Source: Chrysomallon squamiferum (Eukaryota > Animalia > Mollusca). Taken from it: a DNA stretch of 64,000 nucleotides. The DNA is taken from the NCBI GenBank assembly GCA_012295275.1, contig CM022674.1, positions 3,968,001 through 4,032,000 on the forward strand. Direction: 5' to 3'. A model generated the notes under the pieces. That model did not search any database. It was not told the DNA's origin and was given only the letters and a program-made list of their open reading frames with translations. Below are positions 38,454 to 64,000 of this stretch, one piece after another; positions within the stretch are counted from its first letter, which is position 1; every line of letters begins with the position of its first letter. The translations under genes and the position numbers were made by a program.

Positions 38454-39224
38454 AATTTAAAATAAATGACAACAAAATAAGAAACGTCTTATCTATTAGT
38501 TAAAATTGTTATTAAAAATACTACGACTTGGAATGTGTTTTTAAAAATTATTTTTTGTCACAACTATTTTTAATTATATAAAATAACATCCTATAATATT
38601 CAGAACGGAGAATATACTTGTCGAAGACAGAAGTGCCCGAAATTGACATGCAGACGTAAGATCCGGAAATCAAACAGCTGTTGCAGTCACTGCGCATGTA
38701 AGTTAAACTATTCACACTTCCTGTCTGGTTTCAGTTATTTTCCGCGATTTCTCAATAAAGAGGAATTATATTTATTTAATATCTCTCTTTTTTTTTCTGA
38801 CGTCAGATATATTCATTTTCATCCATCTTGAACTAATTAATGATAAAAAAAAGTTTCATGTGCCTATAATTTAAAACAAGAAGAAAAGAATGGTTTCATC
38901 TCCTCGTTATCTTACTATTCTTATAATTATCCTAACAGATATCATCCCCATATCATTATTATCATAATCATTATCATTACAGCTAATCAGCCGCAAGAAG
39001 TAGAGAATAAGAAAGATGATAAGCCTGTTTGCCAATATGGCGGACGTCGTTATAACGATGGAGAAAAATGGAGGCCAGCTGCATCGCCAAGCGGAAACGG
39101 AAGATGCGCCATTTGCAAATGCAAGGACGGAAGTGTGAAATGCAGACTGAGGTGCTCAAAGCGGAAATGCAAAAATCCTTTAAGTACAGATGTTTGCTGT
39201 AGACAATGTACAGGTGAGTCATCG

Positions 39225-39257
<33 letters not shown>

Positions 39258-39521
39258 GATTATTATATCAAGTTTCATTAAGATAAACCTATGTTGCGTT
39301 TATTTTAACATAAATTATTAATACTGTTTTTTTTTAGGTTGGACAGTATCCACTTTTAAAGTTATATGAAATATTATGTTTAAAAAATATATATTTATAT
39401 ATATATATTAATGTAAACAAGTAAAAATATATTAATTTTATTCTATTATTTTTTAGAACGAAGGAAACAAAAATCCAGGAAACGAAATAAGAAGACCAAG
39501 GGAGGAAACTCTAAACATTAA
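22796..39521 (+). CDS. chrd: Chordin (BMP antagonist; sog orthologue), 21 coding exons, ~981 aa after correcting one 1-nt frameshift
   Basis: Exons: 22796-22916, 24458-24558, 28285-28417, 30536-30628, 30829-30949, 31367-31460, 31832-31972, 32750-32878, 33031-33110, 33425-33566, 33885-34126, 34514-34664, 34936-35171, 35366-35479, 36019-36201, 36662-36874, 37370-37475, 37855-38009, 38604-38697, 38983-39213, 39457-39521. All introns are GT-AG and phases match except exon 7/8. Signal peptide; CR1 (CWLGGTFY..WSPKLLPYGTMHCVKCQC..CCKTCP); four CHRD repeats (EFTALL, ETFGSVL, VFQALLSG..QLFINVAT..ELRGRV, AHAWLSMEVGCRLHYEI); then vWC domains including WHPFLPQIGFSKC and WHPTVAPFGQMKC. Confidence 0.96.
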
Positions 39522-40307
39522 AGGAATTAAAACGGACCAATGATAATTCGTATTAAAGTGCTATATCCTATAATGTGGACCAATGGAATGTTTCGTAACA
39601 GGATTATGCAGAAGGACATTTCTTTTTTAAGTGTGCCTTGCATGGAACTTACCTGTTTTTAACTGTGATTTTTTTTTTCTCCCTACAAACAATGACTCAA
39701 CAATTTATTGTGATACAACATTTACTGCTGTGTATATTATTTCCTTGGAATTTTGAAATTCAAGAAAAGACAAGAAAAACCCATTACCTTCAAAACTGGA
39801 AAAGAAACGATGTTAATATCCTATATATAAGTGATTTTATATTTTAGAAAACAAAACTGACATAGACAGTGTTTCCATACGTGATTATAATATTCGAGAG
39901 CTGCGCATGCGTTGGTTGAACTTCTATGTGTGTAACTTCAAGCGACATTTTATTCTCACACCAAATGCCACGCATGCGTAGGCTTGACTTCCTTCAGTGC
40001 TTTTTATAACTTTGAAATATTTTGTGTATTTTTATATTTTTATTGAATGTAGTTGTCATAATTATGCCATGTCTGTTACTGTTAAGTTATATTCTGTATA
40101 TAAAATGTAAAATAGATATGTGCAATGTAAAATTCACTAAAATGTATATATATATATATATATATATATCATGTATGTATGTAGGCGATTTGGAAGGCAG
40201 TAATGTTAATAATACTATTACATCTTATTCAAAACAAAAGTAAAGATTTTCAGATATTAATGTCTTGATATTTCTTTTAAATTTTTATATTATATTGTTA
40301 TTATTGT

Positions 40308-40403
<96 letters not shown>

Positions 40404-40510
40404 CATATTGATTCACAATAACTTAATTTCTAGCCTTCCAGGTCACATGTATTACGTTGAAAAAAATAATATACATACACACGTTTCCCTAATTTTCTCA
40501 TCGTTATGTA

Positions 40511-40656
40511 TATATTCATGACAAAACAAAGGTGCTCATTTTATAAAATAAATATTTTAAAATGTCTGGGGTTTTTTATTTTTTATTTTGATATTTCGAC
40601 AAGAAATTCTTTTCGTATGTTTAATTTTATTATAGCATTTGGATAATTTTATCATA
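40511..40656 (+). repeat. Dispersed repeat fragment (probable DNA-transposon end), copy 1
   Basis: Reverse-complement match to 44390-44541 (caaaac.aaggtgctcattttataaa...aaatgtctgggg...atatttcgacaagaa...cgtatg...tattatagcatttgg). Confidence 0.75.
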
Positions 40657-40885
40657 TTTTCTAAGATTCTTCGATAAATTTGGTTTAGTATATTTAATAA
40701 ACTATAGAAACAGTTTATTTATATATATTTTTTGAGAAAGTTCAATACCTTATATTATACATTATATAGTAATATAAATGAGAAATTTTGATACCAATAT
40801 TATTAACGATATTTGTATGAAATTAAATGTAAATAGTAATAATATAACAAAGAAAATTTTAAAAATAATAATAAAAAATAAATTA

Positions 40886-40967
40886 TGGCAGCGGTGGGAT
40901 TCGAACCCACGCCTCCGAGGAGACTGGTGCCTAAAACCAGCGCCTTAGACCGCTCGGCCACGCTACC
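40886..40967 (-). tRNA. trnL-TAG: tRNA-Leu (TAG)
   Basis: Identical to 13500-13581. Confidence 0.97.
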
Positions 40968-41326
40968 CACATTAATAAACAGTTATCCAGAATATTGTAA
41001 TCATGCATAAAAAGAAGCACAGAAATAAGAATATTCATGTAACGGGAAAATACCATAAATAACAATCATAATTCCAAACAAGTACAGATATAATAAGCAA
41101 ATGGTTAAGGATGAAACTTCCCTACAAATGGTGATGTATATGTGTTTCGGTTTTCTGCTTAGGATTCATATTTTTCCGAGGCAGTTGAACATTTGATACA
41201 AATAAAAATAAAGGAATACAGTAATAGCTTCCATATAAATCATTTACAACGGATGAATAATGTATTTTATTTTATTTTATTTTTTATTTTATTTTATTTT
41301 ATTTATTTATTCTTCTTCTTCTTCTT

Positions 41327-41393
<67 letters not shown>

Positions 41394-41658
41394 TTTTTTT
41401 TTATAGTGAGATATTTCACATTTGTCTGTCCAGTTTCATTCTCAGGACTAAATTATAATCAAATTCCCATATGCAGTTTTCTTGTTTGTTTGCATTATTT
41501 TCTTGTAAATAATCTTTTACTAATAGCTTCTAGTATCGAAGACTAAAAAATATGTCAACGAATGATAATTATATTACTTTGTTACTTCATTATTTAAAAA
41601 AACCAAACGATGATTGCCCTTAATAAATAAATAAATAAATAAATAAATAAATTATATA

Positions 41659-41693
<35 letters not shown>

Positions 41694-42478
41694 ACAAATA
41701 AACAAATAAACAAATACATAAATTAAATAAATAAACAAATAAACAAATAATGAAAATGCTTGGGAATATGTATATTTTATGTAGGTTATAGCAACATTAA
41801 TACTTTAATCCAGAAAGTAACACTTATAGAAATATTCCTGTAATAAATAAACGAATAATAAAAAGATAATTTCTGTACCTGATTACTCTAGAAGCGGTCA
41901 AGGTCAACCCGCATTCCTGCATTTAATAACCTGTTGTTAAATATCACTTTATTTATTGTTAAATGTCCATTTTATTGCACAAATATGTAAAGTGGTTCTG
42001 ATGCTCGTTACGATTGAAATAAACGGTTATTTTTCCACTACAAACAATTCTGAACTCTTGTACCATGTGACTAATAATAATAATAATAACGTGAAGAAAT
42101 TAATTATCAATTTTTTTCTTTTTTTTTTAGTTCCGCTTTTTTCTCTCTGTCTTTCTATCTCAGTCAGTTTATTCCGTATGAATGTTCTTTCTTATTTATT
42201 TATTTTTATATTAATTTTTTTTCTTTCTATAATTGGGTTTGATGCAGTGACTGCCTGTGTTTAACTCTAATTGTAGTCGATTAGTTGTGATCATCATCCA
42301 ACGTGTATTCCTCTAGTGACATTACCACATCCTCTGTTCTGCTCTAAGTTCTTGGAGGTCAAATTGATTTAATAGTCAAATTAAATACTCCAATTACTTG
42401 CTGACGTATGCATGGAGTGTACCTATATAAACCAGCTTGTTATTTATTCATGGCCATTTTCTCACATCCAACAATATT

Positions 42479-47728
<5,250 letters not shown>

Positions 47729-47866
47729 AACTAAGATGAATTATGCTCAGAAGACTGGATCTAAAGACTGATATTGTGGAGGAAAGAACAGTCAGAAATA
47801 AAATATAAAATTTACAATTTACTTTTGTTTCTTTTTTCATTCATTAATTTGTTTAATTAGATACAA

Positions 47867-47921
<55 letters not shown>

Positions 47922-48340
47922 TTATTTGTCTGCTTCATTATTAATTTTATTACATTTTTAATGTAAACATTTCTATTCACTTACAAATATAAATGTGAAT
48001 GTAAATATTTTGTTTTCTTTTTGCTTTTGTTTTGTTTTCTTTTTACTTTAAAAAAAAAATCAAAACAAAAAAACAACAACAACTTAGAAATAAATGTATC
48101 TACTAATACAATAATAGACTCCATTTCTCAAACGGTTGAACCAATAATTCTAGTCCTAATTCAAGTTCGTGCCAGGAAATTGCATTTTATAGCATTATAC
48201 GCATGCGTTATTTGACCGGATCTGACCCTGGTTTCTAGGGTATTGTATACACAATGGCGGCCGAATATATACGAAGTCGTCTGCGATAAATAACGATGCT
48301 TACATTATCGATTTCTCGCTTGATCTGACTCTTGGTAACA

Positions 48341-53882
<5,542 letters not shown>

Positions 53883-55229
53883 TGTTCTTTGGTTATTACC
53901 ATTTTTACTTTTATTTTTCTTTCACTTACTTTCTGTGCCAAATATTTACTGTGTGCATTTGTAGATCTAGGCTTGGAATTCTCTCCCCTTTCTTCAACCT
54001 TTATATAAGCCTTTAATTTTATTAAATTAGAGATAAAAAAAATTAAAACCACATGCTGATGTGAAGCCCAAGAATTAGTATATTTGTTTAATTTCTAAAA
54101 AAAGCTGTTTGATTAAATAAGTGTTAATCAATTAATGATTTCTTTAAATGTTTTCATGAAAAAGGAAATGGGCTACTCACAGGCAGAAATTTGTTTCATA
54201 TCATGCTAAAACCATTTTTTAATTCATGTTTCATCTGCTGATTTTCAATAAACAATACTCCTGATTTAATTATCTCCCTTCATTCAAGGGATTATGTGTG
54301 ATACAAATCAATAGTTTTTAAATTTTTGATACAACAGATTAAAATTAAATATAAAAATCTTAAGGCAATTAAATCATTTATATTATAATCATGTTTCTTT
54401 CAAGGTCTGTGAATATAATTTATTGTTATTATTATTATTTTTTTTTTTTTTGCCATTGTCTTTAAATGATAATATTTATACTTTGTTTTGCATTTAAGAC
54501 AATCAAATATACTTTAGCTTTCATTATTTATTTATTTATTTAAAAGAAAATATCTTGAAGAAACCTTTTCCTTTTTCTGTAATTTTTAAAATTATTTATA
54601 AAACCATTGTACTAGTATTTTATTTGTTAAAACTTTTGCCATGCATTCCTTTTAGACTAATCATACAATCGTTTTCTGTCTTTCTTCTAAATATTTGTTA
54701 AATTTAAAGCATATTTTCTTGCTTATTTATTTAATTTTTTATTGCTAAATGAATTACTTAATTTATTTTGTATTATGCCTAATAACTGTGATATTAAGAA
54801 CATTTTTATGTAAACATAATTTTTATCTTTTTATTTAATATTTAAATTTTACATAAATGTACATATAAACTGCATTATATATGATTATTTCAGTTTATTG
54901 TTTTTTGAAAACAATAACTGATATTTTTAACCTTTTCTAATTTAATAATCTGCAGTAAGTTATGATTTCATTTAACACACTTTTTTATTTTTAAATTTAA
55001 CAAGATTTGATGAAATAAAATAACAAGCTCATGAATAGGCATGCAGCTGGTATTTTCTTCTCTAATTTTGTGTTTTCACCTGATTTCTGTGACCAAAATG
55101 TCAGAAGATAAGAACAGAGAACATGAGTAAGGAATAGACTAATTTTTTTAGAAATATTCTTAAAGATTTATTCTATTTTAATTTATTATTATTATTATTT
55201 TTATTATTATTTATTATTATTATTATTAA

Positions 55230-55335
<106 letters not shown>

Positions 55336-55934
55336 GGCTTTAGTTTTATGTTTGTTATTAATATTGTGACAGATAAATGATGAGCAAGTTTTGTATTAAA
55401 TGTAGCAGCCACACATGTCAGTAATAATCAACATAGCTATGCTAGATTGTTTATTTTTAGATTAGTTACAAGTTACCGATGTTCAACCCTAACATAATAA
55501 TAAAGTTCTGTAACATGAATTAAAATCATGGTGGAAGATTCTGCAGCTAATATATTTTAGTATTTTTCATAAAAATAATAAAAATAATAATAAGAAGAAG
55601 AAGAAGAAGAAGAAGAATTTTAACAGTATTAGAGCAACAATATTTCTTAGCTATATAAGTAATGATTTGAGTTATAGAAGCTGTACAACTGCTGATTAAT
55701 TAATTAATTACAAAATTAAATTTATGAACGTTTCTAATTTAATTTCATCTGCATATTAACACATTGTTGTAATAATATGTTTGTTTTGTGTTATCTCCAT
55801 TTTATTTTGTGTTGAGCTCTGGTAATATTATCTGTGTTCAGATACAAAGATTTTTGTAGTCTTGATAAACTGAGATTATTTTCATGTTACAGTGTTGATT
55901 TCTGTAATGTTGGTGTGTTAATTTGTTTTGTTTT

Positions 55935-56550
55935 GGTACCTTGACTTGTTTTGTGTTGGTGTGTTGATGTGTTAATTTATGTTCTGTTTATATCTTCGTT
56001 TATTTTATATTGTGTTGATGTGGTTAAATTTGGTGTCTTGTGCCAATATGGTCTTGTTTTTACTGTTATTTTTAAAAATAAAAATTTATCATCTACCATA
56101 GAAAACAATGAATTATCAAACAACCTTTTATTTTTTTTTTTTTTAGTTGAGTAGACCTTGTTAAAAAAACAACAGAAAAACAAACAGTATTATGATCAGT
56201 AAATATAAATTTTTCTCTGTTTATAGAATGCATGTTCATACGGTACCTTGACTTGTTTTGTGTTGGTGTGTTGATGTGTTAATTTATGTTCTGTTTATAT
56301 CTTCGTTTATTTTATATTGTGTTGATGTGGTTAAATTTGGTGTCTTGTGCCAATATGGTCTTGTTTTTACTGTTATTTTTAAAAATAAAAATTTATCATC
56401 TACCATAGAAAACAATGAATTATCAAACAACCTTTTATTTTTTTTTTTTTTTTAGTTGAGTAGACCTTGCCTTAAAAACAACAGAAAAACAAACAGTATT
56501 ATGATCAGTAAATATAAATTTTTCTCTGTTTATAGAATGCATGTTCATAC
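55935..56550 (+). repeat. Near-perfect tandem duplication of ~307 bp
   Basis: 55935-56241 and 56242-56550 differ mainly in poly-T length and a few bases after gaccttg. Confidence 0.92.
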
Positions 56551-57326
56551 GGTTACTTGGTATTTGTATCTGCAATGTTTTTATATTCATATATGAAAAA
56601 AAGTACAATAATATGAGAAATATTGATGTTTACTTGTGAAATACTGAGGTTCATATTTGGTATTCATAAATGTGTTATTAATTTTATATGTGGAAGGTTG
56701 ATGTTTGAATATTAATTTCAAATATTGATATCAACATTTGTGAAATGGTGATGTTCCCTTCTTGATAGTGTTATATGATTTTTGCTGCCTATTTTGTGAA
56801 ATGCTGATTTTCCTATGTAGAAATATGACCCTTATTAGTAATACATAATATTTTAAATGGGTGTTTGTAGGCTGAATGTAAGTATTAAGTTTTATATATC
56901 AGAAATTTATATGCTGATAGTGCTTACCTCATGAATATGTAAATATTTTGAGTCTGTTTCTCTTTGTCTGTATGTGTGAACTGTATTTTGTCTAAAACAG
57001 GGCAATTGAAACGTTTATAAATATATTGCATTTTATATGTGTGAAAAATGTGGGTAACTTACTTTTTTAAACTTCACTTTTTTTTGTCAGTTTGTTTTTA
57101 AAAAATTTGTTCCAAGCATAACCTTTTTAAGTAACATAAAATAAAATGAAACTAACAGTATTAAAGTGTTATTTTAAAGACCAAAACATCAGCTTTGTTC
57201 ACCAAACGTTGTTACAAAAGTAACGTCATTTTGTAAGCAATGCAGATGTTTTGGTACTGCTTTAAAAATATTTGTTAACTAAAATAAACATTTTAATAAA
57301 GTTAGGTTTTTTATTTAATTTTTGTT

Positions 57327-57367
<41 letters not shown>

Positions 57368-58555
57368 TTGAATAATATAAACTGCTGTTTTGTCTTGTTG
57401 GTATATTTCTGTTACAAAATCACTTGATAACTAATATAATAATTTGGTGTTCTCTGTTTAGTTACAACATTTGTAACTTATCTAATGTTTGTATGTTCAG
57501 TAAATATTTCAGTTATTAGAAAATTTGACAACAAAAGAACATATTCACCATGGACAAATTTTTATTGATATAAATATTTCGGCCATTGTTACGAAAATCA
57601 TTTCGTGAATAATTTAAACATTTTAACTTTGTTGTGAAAAAGTCTGTTAAATAATGTAAACATTTTGACAATGTTATGAAAATAATTTTGATAAATGTAA
57701 ACATTTGGTTAATAATGGAAATAGTGTTTAAAAGGATTGGGATATTGTATTTTCAAGGTTAAGAATGAAACATAAAAAAAAAAATATTATTATTTATTTA
57801 TGGTTAACTAATATAAGAATTCTTTTTTGAAAAAGAATATTTGATGTGTAATGAAAACATATTTACAGTGTTAAAGACTTGGCAAATATATTTTCAGGGC
57901 TGTTAAAGAGACATTAATTATTGTTATTGTATGTATTAAATAGAAGTTTTGTATTATTTATACAGCTGTGATAGTTGTGTTATGTGTGTGTGTATGTTAA
58001 ACATAAAGGAGAGAAAAGAAGGATTCTAAAATGATGTTAAAATACATCTTTATTAAATGTGAAGTAAATAATATAATGTTGTGTTGTTTATTTTTAACGT
58101 CTGTATTATTTAAAACTTATTAATTTACTTGCTTTTTTATTTTATTTTATTTTATTTTTAATTTTCAGCTTGTTTGTTTATTTATTTAATATTTATTTAT
58201 TTACGTACTTAGTCCACTTTATTTATGTATGTTATTACTGAATGTTGTTGAAATTAATCTTTAATCTTAAAATAATAATTAAAGAAAGAAACAATTACAC
58301 TTTAGTTCAGTAAATTTTTATGAAAGATATATTTGATATTATTTCATATTAAACTGATGTCACAATTTTTTTTTTCTTTCGTGAACAACCTTTCTTCTTA
58401 AAATGGAAAAAAAGAAAAGAGATGCCAAAACAGGTAAAAAAAAGAAATGAAAAAGACCAATTGATTATTTGGGCCTTGTATTGATATATCAAAAGAGAAT
58501 CATGTATTTGTTTGTTTGTTAGTTTGTATACCAATTTATTTACTTACTTACTTAC

Positions 58556-58594
<39 letters not shown>

Positions 58595-59175
58595 TTTGTA
58601 TTCGTGTTTGTTTATCTGTCGCTCTATTTATTTAATTTCGGCTAATGGCTGTTACAAAACGTTTAATCAGACTGTGTCTCCAGTACGAAAACGCCATCGT
58701 TGAGTTAAGAATTGTCTACGACATGACGTCATGACAATTAAACAACGAGTTAAAGAAGCAGCATTCCCTATTTTTTAAGTTTCATTAGGTAACTATTGTA
58801 CAACTGTGAAAATAATTGATATATGTAGCAATCAAATAAAACAAATACAATTACAAACAAGCAATAAACGTTTAATCTGAAACCAAAAAAATTATAACAA
58901 TTTTACAATACTAACAAAAAAAACCCACAAAAAAAACATTACACTTGCTAAATTGATATTAAAAAATATATATATTTATTATGGCCTTGGTCAAACTTCT
59001 GTAGACTTCTGAAAACGTAATTTATTATTACAAACTGTTTTCTTATCAGTTTTTTTTTTTTCATCTCTTTCTCTCTCTCTTCTCCGTACTCTACAATGTT
59101 GTCTCTGTCGCTATAGTTTTTAAATTCTGGTTAAATATTTAAACTGCGAAAAATTATTCAGGAATTTCCAGCAGC

Positions 59176-62965
<3,790 letters not shown>

Positions 62966-63393
62966 TGTTCCACAACAACTACAACACAGACGTTGCCTGG
63001 GTCACGTTTTAATGCGTTGAAATACCGGCGTTAGGTTTACTATCCAACGACAGCGTGATTTTTGTTCTGCCCGGGTAATATATACCCGTGAACATTTTAT
63101 ACCGCCTAAATATTTATCTCTTAAAAATAACTATGTACTTTTGCTGGACTATAACCATGTAATCTGTGTGTTTAGCTAGTCAGTTATTCATAATCCTTAA
63201 TATCAGTTTTTTTTTAAATGTATTTAATTATACAGACGATTTATTTATTTACCTGGACTTAAATTTGTTTGTTTTTGTTTGCTTGCATGCTTGTTTATGA
63301 TTATTTTTGTTCAGATGGGTTTTTTATTTCTTCAATTATTTCTTTGTTTTCATGTTTGTTTGTTTTTTATTTGTATGTTCAGATAGTAGAATC

Positions 63394-63427
<34 letters not shown>

Positions 63428-64000
63428 GTTAAATTTAAGTTCTGTAGAATGGACGAAATAGCTAGGGATATATACCTTGAAGCGCTGTACTCACGGGTTT
63501 TAAATACGCTGCATCAGTTTTTGGATTTTGTATATTTGTTATTTTAATAGTACAAAAGGAAGAAAGGAAGAGGAGTGAAAAGAAATCTGATTGGTTGAAA
63601 TGATCTCTGCTGGATAAAAATAGAAACAGAGAAAAGAAGAATTTCATTGGCTATTTGAAATCTGTGTTTTTGCTAAACAGAACAAAATTGGCATCTGATT
63701 GATTAATGTAAAGAACTGTCCTTGATATTAAGGCATAATGACCAACAATAAATTTGTTTTGTATAAACCATTGTTGTCAGATAATTAGTGAGAATAAAAA
63801 GAAATTTAAATTCAGAAAAGTAATAAAAAAATTGTTTTAAGAAAGAAACCTAAATAAATGAGAACACAGAAACAAAGAAAGAAACAATAAACGACTAACT
63901 AACTAAATAAATTAAAAGATAATTAACCAAATAAATAAATAAATAAATAAGTTAATAAATAAATAAATAAATACATTACAACACAAATAATTAAATAAAT

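Overview
AT-rich, microsatellite-dense animal genomic DNA. The style is invertebrate and probably mollusc/cephalopod-like; that taxonomy is inference only. From left to right the window holds: (1) a rearranged tandem/inverted tRNA-Gly(GCC)/tRNA-Leu array interrupted by a full-length 2.4-kb hAT (Buster/Charlie-type) transposon with TIRs and an 8-bp TSD; (2) a two-exon gene, absent from the ORF track, for a 36-aa secreted Arg/Gly-rich cationic peptide; (3) a GPI-type vanin/pantetheinase homologue whose catalytic Cys is replaced by Ser; (4) further dispersed tRNA-Leu genes; (5) CpG-rich non-coding blocks including a perfect BMP-Smad/Schnurri element; (6) a 21-exon chordin gene with an extra fifth vWC domain, a basic tail and one apparent 1-nt frameshift; (7) an unrecognised secreted Cys-repeat protein gene; (8) a long protein ending in an SVBP domain; (9) a minus-strand 7-exon cytosolic alpha-carbonic anhydrase with unusual active-site substitutions. 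Most ORF-track entries are microsatellite artefacts. All gene models were built by hand from GT-AG sites and phase continuity; no database searches were run.
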